Under the pieces are notes generated by a model that was not told the origin of the DNA, searched no databases, and was given only the letters and a program-made list of their open reading frames with translations. Made by a program: the position numbers and the translations under genes. Of a DNA stretch of 64,000 nt, positions 15,901 through 29,400 are shown piece by piece. Source of the DNA: Eledone cirrhosa (taxonomy: Eukaryota); contig OZ024745.1 of the NCBI GenBank assembly GCA_964016885.1, positions 19,096,001 through 19,160,000 of the forward strand. Reading direction: 5' to 3'. Position 1 is the stretch's first letter. Each line of letters starts with the position of its first letter.

Positions 15901-18900
15901 CCACTGTCATTACTGTTGTCATTACCACTGCCATTACTGTTGTCATCTCCACTGTCATTACTGTTGTCATTACCACTGTCATTACTGTTGTCATCTCCAC
16001 TGTCATTACGGTTGTCATCTCCACTGTCATTACTGTTGTCATTACTGTTGTCATCTCCACTGTCATTACTGCCATCATCAGTAATGTCATTACTGTTGTC
16101 ATTACTGTTGTCATCACTACTGTCATTACTGTTGTCATTACCACTCTCATTACTGTTGTCATCACTACTGTCATTACTGTTGTCATTACCACTGTCATTA
16201 CTGTTGTCCTTACCACTGTCATTACTGTTGTCATTACCACTGTCATTACTGTTGTCATCACCACTGTCGTTACTGTTGCCATTACTGTTGTCATCACTAC
16301 TGTCATTACTGTTGTCATTACCACTGTCATTACTGTTGTCATTACCACTGTCATTACTGTTGTCATTACCACTGTCATTACTGTTGTCATCTCCACTGTC
16401 ATTACTGTTGTCATTACCACTGTCATTATTGTTGTCGTTACCACTGTCATTACTGTTGTCATTACTGTTGTCATTACCACTGTCATTACTGTTGTCATTA
16501 CCACTGTCATTACTGTTGTCGTTACCACTGTCATTACTGTTGTCATTACCACTGTCATTACTGTTGTCATTACCACTGCCATTACTGTTGTCATCTCCAC
16601 TGTCATTACTGTTGTCATTACTGTTGTCATCACCACTGTCATTACTGTTGTCATCTCCACTGTCATTACTGTTGTCATTACCACTGTCATTACTGTTGTC
16701 ATTACCACTGTCATTACTGTTGTCATCACCACTGTCATTACTGTTGTCATTACCACTGTCATTACTGTTGTCATCACTACTGTCATTACTGTTGTCATTA
16801 CCACTGTTATTACTGTTGTCATCACCACTGTCGTTACTGTTGCCATTACTGTTGTCATTACCCCTGTCATTACTGTTGTCATCTCCACTGTCGTTACTGT
16901 TGTCATTACTACTGTCATTACTGTTGTCATCACTACTGTCATTACTGTTGTCCTTACCACTGTCATTACTGCTGTCATCTCCACTGTCGTTACTGTTGTC
17001 ATTACTACTGTCATTACTGTTGTCATTACTACTGTCATTACTGTTGTCATCACTACTGTCATCTCCACTGTCGTTACTGTTGTCATTACTACTGTCATTA
17101 CTGTTGTCATCACTACTGTCATTACTGTTGTCATCACTACTGTCATTACTGTTGTCCTTACCACTGTCATTACTGTTGTCATCTCCACTGTCGTTACTGT
17201 TGTCATTACTACTGTCATTACTGTTGTCATTACTACTGTCATTACTGTTGTCATCACTACTGTCATTACTGTTGTCCTTACCACTGTCATTACTGTTGTC
17301 ATCTCCACTGTCATTACTGTTGTCATTACCACTGTCATTACTGTTGTCATTACCACTGTCATTACCACTGTCATTACTGTTGTCATTACCACTGTCATTA
17401 CTGTTGTCATCACTACTGTCATTACTGTTGTCATCACTACTGTCATTACTGTTGTCATCACTACTGCCATTACTGTTGTCATTACCACTGTCATTACTGT
17501 TGTCATCACTACTGTCATTACTGTTATTACCACTGTCATTGCTGTTGTCATCACTACTGCCATTACTGTTGTCATCACTACTGTCATTACTGTTGTCATT
17601 ACCACTGTCATTACTGTTGTCATTACCACTGTCATTACTGTTGTCATTACCACTGTCATTACTGTTGTCATCACTACTGTCATTACTGTTGTCATCACTA
17701 CTGTCATTACTGTTGTCATCACTACTGTCATTACTGTTGTCATTACGACTGTCATTACTGTTGTCATTACCACTGTCATTACTGTTGTCATCACTACTGT
17801 CATTACTGTTGTCATCACTACTGCCATTACTGTTGTCATTACCACTGTCATTACTGTTGTCATCACTACTGTCATTACTGTTGTCATCACTACTGCCATT
17901 ACTGTTGTCATTACCACTGTCATTACTGTTGTCATCACTACTGTCATTACTGTTATTACCACTGTCATTGCTGTTGTCATCACTACTGCCATTACTGTTG
18001 TCATCACTACTGTCATTACTGTTGTCATCACTACTGTCATTACTGTTGTCATTACGACTGTCATTACTGTTGTCATTACCACTGTCATTACTGTTGTCAT
18101 CACTACTGTCATTACTGTTGTCATCACTACTGCCATTACTGTTGTCATCACTACTGTCATTACTGTTGTCATTACCACTGTCATTACTGTTGTCATTACC
18201 ACTGTCATTACTGTTGTCATCACTACTGTCATTACTGTTGTCATCACTACTGTCATTACTGTTGTCATCACTACTGGCATTACTATTGTCATTACCACTG
18301 TCATTACTGTTGTCATCACTACTGTCATTACTGTTATTACCACTGTCATTGCAGTTGTCATCACTACTATCATTACTGTTTTCATCACTACTGTCATTAT
18401 TGTTGTCATTACTGTTGTCATTACCACTGTCATTACAGTTGTCATTACCACTGTCATTACTGTTGTCATCACTACTGTCATTACTACTGTCATTACTGTT
18501 GTCATCACTACTGTCATTACTGTTGTCATCACTACTGTCATTACTGTTGTAATTACCACTGTCATTACTGTTGTCGTTACCACTGTCATTACTGTTGTCA
18601 TTACCACTGTCATTACTGTTGTCATCACTACTGTCATTACCACTGTCATTACTGTTGTCATTACCACTGTCATTACTGTTGTCATCACTACTGTCATTAC
18701 TGTTGTCGTTACCACTGTCATTACTGTTGTCATCACTACTGTCATTACCACTGTCATTACTGTTGTCATTACCACTGTCATTACTGTTGTCATCACTACT
18801 GTCATTACTGTTGTCATTACTGTTGTCAATACCACTGTCATTACTGTTGTCATTACCACTGTCATTACTGTTGTCATCACTACTGTCATTACTGTTGTCG

Positions 18901-21900
18901 TTACCACTGTCATTACTGTTGTCATCACTACTGTCATTACCACTGTCATTACTGTTGTCATTACCACTGTCATTACTGTTGTCATCACTACTGTCATTAC
19001 TGTTGTCATTACTGTTGTCAATACCACTGTCATTACTGTTGTCATTACCACTGTCATTACTGTTGTCATCACTACTGTCATTACTGTTGTCGTTACCACT
19101 GTCATTACTGTTGTCATCACTACTGTCATTACCACTGTCATTACTGTTGTCATTACCACTGTCATTACTGTTGTCATCACTACTGTCATTACTGTTGTCA
19201 TTACTGTTGTCAATACCACTGTCATTACTGTTGTCATTACCACTGTCATTACTGTTGTCATCACTACTGTCATTACTGTTGTCGTTACCACTGTCATTAC
19301 TGTTGTCATCACTACTGTCATTACCACTGTCATTACTGTTGTCATTACCACTGTCATTACTGTTGTCATCACTACTGTCATTACTGTTGTCATTACTGTT
19401 GTCAATACCACTGTCATTACTGTTGTCATTACCACTGTCATTACTGTTGTCATCACTACTGTCATTACCACTGTCATTACTGTTGTCATTACCACTGTCA
19501 TTACTGTTGTCATCACTACTGTCATTACTGTTGTCATTACTGTTGTCAATACCACTGTCATTACTGTTGTCATTACCACTGTCATTACTGTTGTCATTAC
19601 CACTGTCATTACTGTTGTCATTACCACTGTCATTACTGTTGTCATCTCCACTGTCATTACTGCCATCATCAGTACTGTCATTACTGTTGTCATTACTGTT
19701 GTCATCACTACTGTCATTACTGTTGTCATCACCACTGTCATTACTGTTGTCATTACTGTTGTCATTACCACTGTCATTATTGTTGTCATTACCACTGTCA
19801 TTACCACTGTCATTACTGTTGTCATTACCACGGTCATTACTGTTGTCATTACCACTGTCATTACTGTTGTCATCTCCACTGTCATTACTGTTGTCATTAC
19901 CACTGTCATTACTGTTGTCATCACTACTCTCATTACTGTTGTCATCACCACTGTCATTACTGTTGTCATCACCACTGTCATTACTGTTGCCATTACCACT
20001 GTCATTACTGTTGTCATTACCACTGTCATTACTGTTGTCATCACTACTGTCATTACTGTTGTCATTACCACTGTCATTACTGTTGTCATCACCACTGTCG
20101 TTACTGTTGCCATTACTGTTGTCATTAACCCTGTCATTACTGTTGTCATTACCACTGTCATTACTGTTGTCATCTCCACTGTCATTACTGTTGTCATCAC
20201 TACTGTCATTACTGTTGTCATTACCACTGTCATTACTGTTGTCATCACTACTGTCATTACTGTTGTCATTACCACTGTCATTACTGTTGTCATCACTACT
20301 GTCATTACTGTTGTCATTACCACATTCATTACTGTTGTCATCACTACTGTCATTACTGTTGTCATCACTACTGTCATTACTGTTGTCATTACCACTGTCA
20401 TTACTGTTGTCATCACTACTGTCATTACTGTTGTCATCACTACTGTCATTACCACTGTCATTACTGTTGTCATCACTACTGTCATTACTGTTGTCATTAC
20501 CACTGTCATTACTGTTGTCATTACCACTGTCATTACTGTTGTCATTACCACTGCCATTACTGTCGTCATTACCACTGTCATTACTGTTGTCATTACCACT
20601 GTCATTACTGTTGTCATCACTACTGTCATTACTGTTGTCATCACTACTGTCATTACTGTTGTCATTACCACTGTCATTACTGTTGTAATTACCACTGTCA
20701 TTACTGTTGTCATCACTACTGTCATTACTGTTGTGATCACTACTGTCATTACCACTGTCATTACTGTTGTCATCACTACTGTCATTACTGTTGTCATTAC
20801 CACTGTCATTATTGTTGTCATTACCACTGTCATTACTGTTGTCATTACCACTGTCATTACTGTTGTCATCACTACTGTCATTACTGTTGTCATCACTACT
20901 GTCATTACTGTTGTCATCACTACTGTCATTACTGTTGTCATTACCACTGTCATTACTGTTGTCATTACCACTGTCATTACTGTTGTCATTACTCTTGTCA
21001 TCGTCACTGTCATTACTGTTGTCATCACCACTGTCATTACTGTTGTCATTACTCTTGTCATCGTCACTGTCATTACTGTTGTCATTACCACTGTCATTAC
21101 TGTTGTCATCACTACTGTCATTACTGTTGCCATCACTACTGTCATTACTGTTGTCATCACCACTGTCATTACTGTTGTCATTACCACTGTCATTACTGTT
21201 GTCATTACCACTGTCATTACTGTTGTCATCACTACTGTTATTACTGTTGTCATCACTACTGTCATTACTGTTGTCATCACTACTGTCATTACTGTTTTCA
21301 TCACTACTGTCATTACTGTTGTCATTACCACTGTCATTACTGTTGTCATTACCACTGTCATTACTGTTGTCATTACCACTGTCATTACCGTTGTCATCAC
21401 TACTGTCATTACTGTTGTCATCACTACTGTCATTACTGTTGTCATCACTACTGTCATTACTGTTGTCATTACCACTGTCATTACTGTTGTCATCACTACT
21501 GTCATTACTGTTGTCATCTCCACTGTCATTACTGTTGTCATTACCACTGTCATTACTGTTGTCATCTCCACTGTCATTACTGTTGTCATTACCACTGTCA
21601 TTACTGTTGTCATTACCACTGTCATTACTGTTGTCATCACTGTTGTCATCACCACTGTCATTACTGTTGTCATTACCACTGTCATTACTCTTGTCATCAC
21701 CACTGTCATTACTGTTGTCATTACTCTTGTCATCGTCACTGTCATTACTGTTGTCATCACCACTGTCATTACTGTTGTCATTACTCTTGTAATCGTCACT
21801 GTCATTACTGTTGTCATTACCACTGTCATTACTGTTGTCATCACTACTGTCATTACTGTTGTCATCTCCACTGTCATTACTGTTGTCATCACTACTGTCA

Positions 21901-22060
21901 TTACTGTTGTCATCACCACTGTCATTACTGTTGTCATTACTACTGTCATTACTCTTGTCATCGCCACTGTCATTACTGTTGTCATTACCACTGTCATTAC
22001 TGTTGTCATTACCACTGTCATTACTGTTGTCATTACCATAATCATCGCCATTATTATTAA
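945..22060. repeat. ~21-kb intronic satellite; 24-bp unit CTGTCATTACTGTTGTCATTACCA made of two related 12-mers, with higher-order duplications
   Basis: Continuous tandem array with degenerate CAT/CAC-like edges; fills nearly all of intron A-B (913-22503). Confidence 0.97.
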
Positions 22061-22503
22061 ATAAAGTCAGCATGAAGTGTCCTTTTAATGTATTCCTAAG
22101 GTAAAATCAGCTGTATGACAATGTAAGTGGTTGAGTATACCTAAGACAAACTTCCTTTTAATGTAATCTTAAGGTGGAGTCAACTGTACAACAGTATTTA
22201 TAAGTGGCTGATTATGTATATTATCACATTGAATCTTCCTGAGAATTACATTAAGGGTACACATGTCTGTGGAATACTCTGAACTACCTGTTAATCCACG
22301 AGTCGGACGTCCAATTAATTGAACACCTATATTGTCAGAACTATTCTCACTACTCAATTATTTCTTGTTCACATTTTTATTGTATAAATAATTTAACTAT
22401 AAATTTGTTTACAGATAGCACCCCCACATAATATATATTCTCTAAAACACTAAATTATTCATCCATATCTTTGCTTATTTTTACCATTTCCATTTAATTT
22501 CAG

Positions 22504-22576
22504 GATGTGAACAACCATAAACCAACTTTTACTAAAAGTTCCTACTCTGTGTGTATTTCAGAACAATATTCTGGAG
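22504..22576 (+). CDS. Cadherin exon B (DVNNHKPTFTKSSYSVCISEQYSG)
   Basis: tttcAG at 22502-22503; GTAAAA at 22577; DxNN-P-F and ISE motifs; phase 0 to 1. Confidence 0.9.
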
Positions 22577-22609
22577 GTAAAATTAGAAAGATTTTCACAC
22601 TTTGCTCAA

Positions 22610-24180
22610 TATCATCATCATCAACAAAATCTACATCAACATCATCATCATCAACATTAAAATCATCATCATCATCATAAAGAAATCATTATCATAATCA
22701 TCATCACCACCGTTTAACGTCCATTTTTCCACACTAGCATGGGTTAAACAAGTTGTGCAGATATGAGCCAAGCCAGATCAGATGACTGTGTCGTGCTCAC
22801 ATTTGACTGATTTTGGCTTGGTTTCTAAGGTGGGATGCCTTTCCTAACACCAACCATATTTAAAGTGTATACTGGATGCTTTTTATCGCAGCACCAAAAC
22901 GACCACATTACAGTGTGGAGTGGATGATTTTGTTGTGACACCTACATAACCAGTTTACATCATGGACTGAGTGCTTTATGTCATAGTACCAAAAACGGCC
23001 ACTTTAAAGTGTGGACTGCGTAATTTTTGTTGTCATACTCACATGACCATTTTACAGTGTGGACTGAATGTTTTTTGTCATGGCACCAGAAATGACCACT
23101 TCACAGTGTGGACTGGGGTGGGGGAGGTGCATGGGGATTGGAGCAGTAGATCTAGTGTTGGGCACTTATCAATTGAGGGGTGAATAAAGGGAGGGGTACT
23201 AGGATGTTGGCGTTGTATGGAAAGGGGAGGTAAGGGAGAGTAGTACTTACTAGATGTATGCTTCAACCTGTACACATGGGATGGTGGGTCTTCTGTATTA
23301 CTGCATAATGCCTTTGAGTGGTGTAATTGTGTAAGGTCAGTTTTTATCATCTCATCCCAGTATTTCCTAGGTCTTCCTACTCCACAGCTTCCATCAATTT
23401 GATCATACACCTTTTCATACAGCTGTCATCCTTCATGTGCATCACATGTCCATACCAATGCAATCTCTTCTCCTGCACATTGCATCTAATACCTCTTATG
23501 CCAAGTTTCTCTCTCCGTTCATTTATGCTTTGTCATTATTACTATTACACATCCATCGAAGCATGCCAGCTTCATTTCTTTCCAATCTTCACAGATCCTC
23601 AGCACACAGCACCCAGGTCTCATTGTCATCTACTATTGCTGTTTGTATGCACACATCATACAATCTGCCCTTCTTTTTGAGGATAAAAACCTTTGGGGCG
23701 ATCAGTGGTTGTAACTCCCTGAACTTTTTCCATCCCTTTCTCACTCTGGCTACCATACTTTCGACACACTCGCCTCCACAGCTAATTTGGTCACCTGGGT
23801 AGCAGAAGCTGTCAACTGTATTTGATAGCACTTGTTTCCTGTGAGTGTTTGTTACTTACTGCTCCTGTACACTAGCCACAAGTAAAACCTATGTCCTTAG
23901 TGAACCTATCTGAGATTTCACTATATCTCTTGTGTACACATAGTTTGCATTTGGGATAGAGGATGAAACTTCTACTCACCCATTTACTACACACTAAGCA
24001 GGGCCATTTCCCAGAAGGGATCAGGGCCTTGTTTTCCTTACTACTTATTGGAACTTTGGTGCTTTCCAAGTTGACTTTAAGACCTTTTGATTTCAGATTA
24101 TGCTTCCAGGTCTGGAATTTTTTTCTCTTTATTCTGTCATAGCTATGAAAGTTAGATCAGCATACAGGAATTCCCAAGGA
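22610..24180 (-). mobile_element. Degraded 3' part of an RTE-clade LINE with a (GAT)n-type tail
   Basis: Minus-strand fragments VDSFCYPGDQISCGG...WKKFREL...KKKGRLYDVC and GVGRPRKYWDE; CAT-rich tail at 22610-22710; ~48-bp repeats in the 3' UTR. Confidence 0.88.
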
Positions 24181-24504
24181 TATACATAACAATTTTACAT
24201 GTCTAGAAGCCCAAACAATGCTCGATAAAGAATTAAATCGTAATGTTTTATTCAAAATATTCAGTCTTAAAAGACTTTTATCAGTGAATTGCTATAAGAC
24301 TCGTTTTTTGTGTGTGTGTGTGTTGCAACTAGTAGATAGTATCAGCAATGGAAAGACCAATGGAAACATTGTTTTCTTGTTCCAATTTGATGAGTTCCAC
24401 CCCACTCAGTAAGTGAATGAGGTTTGGGATCTTGTCAAATCAGATCATAGTCATAGTGTTTGTGTGTGTGTCTGTGTTTACATTTAATATTTTTTATCTT
24501 TCAT

Positions 24505-24657
24505 AACTTAGAAGTTTGACAAAAAGAGATGGATAAAATTAGTATCAAGCTTAAAAATGTAATTCCTGGGTTTGATATGACCAACTAAATATTTTTGAGG
24601 TGATACTCCAGCATGACATCAGCCTAATGGCTAAATCCAGTAAAAGAATAAAAAAAA
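24505..24657 (+). mobile_element. Degraded 3' half of an octopus-type SINE
   Basis: ggataaaattagtatcaagc...ctccagcatgacatcagcctaatggctaaatccagtaaaagaataaaa resembles the common octopus SINE tail (from memory, not aligned). Confidence 0.5.
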
Positions 24658-24852
24658 GTATGTTCTAAATGATTCCAATCCAATTCAATCCTTCTCACTT
24701 CAGTTGGAGGAAACCTTCCTTGATTGACCTCCACCACTTTCTATTTGGTTTTGGTCAGAGTGTATTTGCTGAGGGGTGTAGCTGTACACAATACAATTGA
24801 CCAATCACGGGTTAGTCTAAATGATTAATCTATTACAATGTCTTTTATATAG

Positions 24853-25034
24853 GTGTCTCTATCTTAAAAGTTGAAGCTACAGATAATGACATGCCGGGAA
24901 CAGCCAACTCTAAAATCATCTATTCAGTTGTGCAGGGGGGAGATGGTCTGTTCTTTATCGAACCAAATGGGGTTATAAAGACTACATTTGGAGCAAGGTT
25001 TGATTATGAAACTAAAAAGGATTATACATTAACA
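24853..25034 (+). CDS. Cadherin exon C (GVSILKVEATDNDMPG...FDYETKKDYTLT)
   Basis: tatAG at 24851-24852; GTAAGT at 25035; AxDxD and FDYE motifs; phase 1 to 0. Confidence 0.93.
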
Positions 25035-25157
25035 GTAAGTCTTCTTCTTGTCTCTTCTTAAAGTATGTCTTACACTACATTGTTGCCAGTAGTAAGAAAC
25101 TCTCAGGAGTGCTGGTCAACAGATTTTACAATACATTACTGCAATAACATATATCAT

Positions 25158-25204
25158 CTATATATATATGTATTTATATATATATATACATATATATATA
25201 TGTG

Positions 25205-25236
<32 letters not shown>

Positions 25237-25263
25237 TGTATATATATGTCATCATCATCATCA

Positions 25264-25320
<57 letters not shown>

Positions 25321-25336
25321 GTCATCATCATCATCA

Positions 25337-25393
<57 letters not shown>

Positions 25394-25510
25394 GTATATA
25401 TATATATGTATATATATATATGTATATATATATATGTATATATATATGTATATATATATATATGTATATATGCATATGTATGTATATGTATATGTATATA
25501 TGTATATGTA

Positions 25511-25589
<79 letters not shown>
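25158..25589. repeat. (TA)n/(TATG) microsatellite with two embedded (CAT)n blocks
   Basis: Read directly. Similar TA tracts lie at 25999-26306, 27690-28057, 29676-29795, 30357-30970, 31779-32030 and 38163-38341. Confidence 0.95.
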
Positions 25590-25590
<1 letters not shown>

Positions 25591-25998
25591 AGAGATGACC
25601 CCTTAGCCTTTGTCAAGGCAGAATTCTAGGAGAAGGAAAACTCTGATATAACACCTGCAGCCCTGATGGTATCCAATGATGTTGACTTGTTCTTCTTTTT
25701 GGTAAATATCATCTTGGTTAAGAGAGTGGGAATGGCTTTGTGCAGTGCCTTTGCTCATTATAAAAGCTTCACGGCACAGGCATTGCTTCATATCTGGAGA
25801 TCTCTCTGCACTTGTCGTCACATGGTACCATGGGCCCAGCACTATGTGTCAATAATTGTCACAAGTGTAGTGTTTGTACCAAGGTTTTCAAGTCGCTGGC
25901 CGGACTGAAAAGTCACACTCGTTCAGCGCATCGGTAGGGGTTCTCCTACATGGATATAAAGTAGTGGCCGTACTCGAAAACGAGTTGGCAGCCACCAT
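25590..25998 (+). mobile_element. ~610-bp non-coding interspersed repeat, copy 1 (5'-truncated)
   Basis: Near-identical to 29795-30357 and to the reverse complement of 54646-55255; all three end in GAGTTGGCAGCCACCAT followed by (TA)n. Confidence 0.85.
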
Positions 25999-26016
25999 GT
26001 ATATATGTATATATAT

Positions 26017-26070
<54 letters not shown>

Positions 26071-26103
26071 GTATATATGTATATATATATATATGTATAT
26101 ATG

Positions 26104-26158
<55 letters not shown>

Positions 26159-26304
26159 ATATATATATGTATATATATATGTATATATGTATATATATAT
26201 GTATATATATATGTATATATATATGTATATATATATGTATATATGTATATATATATGTATATATATATATGTATATATATGTATATATATATATGTGTAT
26301 ATAT

Positions 26305-27691
26305 ATAACTTTGAATAACTTTGAAATGTTTTGGCCAGTATTGGCCCAGGCCATGTCTAACTTAATAGCACCACCTGGCGAAGTCTTTCAATTCAGGATT
26401 TGGGCACCATGGCCCATTCGAGAAGAGAATTACTGTTTGCGGAGACATATCCGGGTGTGGGTGGTTTGTCCGGGATTACTTGGAGGAATTTGTCCAAAGA
26501 CTTCTTGAATTTTGTGTGGTCAGTTTCTGTTTTGACGTGTCCTGGTGTGATGTTGAAGAGAGCAGGGCCGATTGAGGTGAAATAATTGTGCCGTATTGTT
26601 GTTATGAGTTGCGATTTAGATTTTTGAATGGGACGGATAGCACGGGGCCCAAGCCTTGGGTGTATCTTGAAGGCGATGCCAACATCATTTGGGCAGTGAT
26701 GATGGAACATTTTCCACATCATGCAGATAATATAACGCTCACGGCGACGTTGGAGTGAGTAAAGTTTCAGGTTTTCTAGTCGACCCCAGTAGTCAAGGTC
26801 TGACATGCCATCTATCTTTTTTGTGATTGCCCTTTGAGGAGCTTCAAGTTTCATGATACTTTGTTTCGTGTGGGGAGACCACAGTGGACAACAGTATTCA
26901 AGGTGTGGTCGGGCAAAAGTAGAGAAGAGAAGGATAATGGTGTGGGAATCTCTCGACTGGAAGGTTCTGAGGATCCAGGAACACATTCTGCGGGCCATGT
27001 CAACTTTGCTGCTTATATGCGTGGCCCAGCTTATGTTGCTGTCCACGATTACTCCCAAGTCTCTGATGTTGTTAGATGCCACGAGAGTTTCCCCGGAGGG
27101 AAGGGAGTACGGGAGTTTCAGAGCATCCTCTTTTCCAAAGTGGATCAGTTCGAATTTGTCTTCGTTCAGTAACATGTTGTTCTTTTCCGCCCATTGGGTA
27201 ACAGCCAGTAGGTCTGACTGAAGGCTTATCCGGTCATCCACGCCATTGATGACCTTTTGGAGCTTGGAATCATCAGCGAAAATTTTAATGTTGCTGTGTT
27301 TGATGATGTCGGTGATGTCATTAATATAGATGATGAAGAGAAGTGGGCCCAACACAGTGCCTTGTGGGACCCCACTACTGACTTTGGCTGGGCTGGATTT
27401 GACTCCTTCAACTACAACATGTTGGGTTCTATTTGACAGGAAGCTCTTGATCCACTGCAGCAGCTTTCCAGTGACACCAATATTGGACAGCTTTCTCAGT
27501 AGAATGTTATGATCAACCCTGTCAAAGGCCTTGCTGAAATCAAGGTAGATAACATCAGTGTTGGAACCCTCTCCCAAGGCTCTCAAAATGTCATCAAAGT
27601 GATGCAGTAGCTGCGTCAGGCAATCCCTTCCATTACGGAATCCATGCTGGTTGAAGTTCAGCATATTGTTACTCTCAAGGAAGTGGGTCAT
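26305..27691 (-). mobile_element. 5'-truncated CR1-group (CR1/L2/Crack-like) LINE with an intact 432-aa RT C-terminal ORF
   Basis: Motifs [53 protein letters not shown]; short 3' UTR ending in tandem TTCAAAGTTA-like repeats. Confidence 0.93.
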
Positions 27692-27726
27692 ATATACATA
27701 TATATGTATATATATATGTATATATG

Positions 27727-27773
<47 letters not shown>

Positions 27774-27776
27774 ATA

Positions 27777-27815
<39 letters not shown>

Positions 27816-27936
27816 GTATATATGTATATATTTATATATGTATATATTTATATTTGTATATATGTATATATATATATATTTATATATGTATATATGTATA
27901 TATTTATATATGTATATATTTATATTTGTATATATG

Positions 27937-28043
<107 letters not shown>

Positions 28044-28152
28044 GTATATATATATACAAAGATCGGAATTAAGAGTATTCCGCAGTTCACTGTAATAATA
28101 ATAATAGTATTAGCTCAAAGAAGAATAGAGAATTTCCTTCTGAGCTCAAATG

Positions 28153-28592
28153 CAAGTATATATTACACAAAGAGAAGTGTGTTACACAGTGAGATGTGTG
28201 TAAAGAATTATTACAAGTGATTTTACCGTTACTGTATAGGGAACAATATCTACAGGTTAGCAATTAAATAGAAAAAAACTAAATCAGAATCAAATCTCTG
28301 GATTAGAGTTTTAAGTCACAAACCTTATAACTATATTTTGCTGATACGAATCTCGCTTCATTTCACCACCTATATGTGAAGTATCAGGTCACAGGATCCT
28401 CAGTCAGCAAATGCGAACACTGAACACTACACATCTAACCTCATGGATAGAGAGATTCTGAATTAGTTTTTTTCTATTTAATTGCTAACCTGTAGATATT
28501 GTTCTCTATACAGTAACGGTAAAATCACTTGTAATAATTCTTTACACACATCTCACTGTGTAACACACTTCTCTTTGTGTAATATATACTTG
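28153..28592. repeat. Inverted repeat with 139-bp arms (28153-28291 / 28454-28592)
   Basis: The arms are reverse complements with about 2 mismatches by eye; the right arm abuts (TA)n. Confidence 0.9.
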
Positions 28593-28620
28593 TATATATA
28601 TATATATATATGTGTGTATA

Positions 28621-28665
<45 letters not shown>

Positions 28666-28741
28666 GCAAAAGTTCAATTTAAATTGTTGGGATACAACAA
28701 GCAAATATTTTTACAACTGATATAAAGCACTCAACAAATAT

Positions 28742-29219
28742 GATATTGACAAATGGAAACTATATTTATAAAACCATATTTATTTCATTATACATATTTC
28801 AAGGACACCAAGTTAAATTATGGTGTGCTTTCATCAGATAAAATATAATATAGAGCAGTTTTATAAATAAATATTGACATACTCTTAAAGAATGTTATGC
28901 TCTCTCTCTCTTTTTTTCTCTCTTTTTTCTCTCTGTTATTCTGCTCTCTCCCTTTCTCTTTCTCAGTAACCTAACGGCTTATTTAAAAATATCCAATACT
29001 AACTTACCTAATACTATAAGTATAAATATAACTCCACTATCCAGGAGCTTCCAACAGTAATGCTTGCATTCTTTAAGGGTATGTCAATATTTATTTATAA
29101 AACTGCTCTATATTATATTTTATCTGATGAAAGCACACCATAATTTAACTTGGTGTCCTTGAAATATGTATAATGAAATAAATATGGTTTTATAAATATA
29201 GTTTCCATTTGTCAATATC
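28742..29219. mobile_element. Fold-back Penelope-pLTR-like insert with 153-bp inverted arms (28742-28894 / 29067-29219)
   Basis: The arms are near-perfect reverse complements and each contains a hammerhead motif. Confidence 0.8.
29116..29180 (+). ncRNA. Minimal type-I hammerhead ribozyme 1
   Basis: UAUUUUAU-CUGAUGA(29124)-helix II AAGCACACCA/UGGUGUCCUU-GAAA(29161)-UAUGUA-UA|AUGAAAUA; helix I is 8 bp including one G.U. Confidence 0.8.
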
Positions 29220-29400
29220 GTATATGTATATATATATGTATATATATATGTATATATATATGTATATATTGTATATATGTATATATATATATATGTATAT
29301 ATGTATATATGTATGTAGGAGGTGAGTTTTATTGTAGTACAATAAAGTAATGCAGATATCGGATAAGAAGCACTCTACAGTTTGTAGGACTGGAGTATAC

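Noticed and set aside
924-22073. 7049-aa ORF and the overlapping L/S/P- and M/T/V-rich ORFs as proteins
   Set aside because: They are translations of a 12/24-bp satellite. The 7049-aa call is a chimera of two frames joined by a 1-bp deletion near 14452, inside a cadherin intron.
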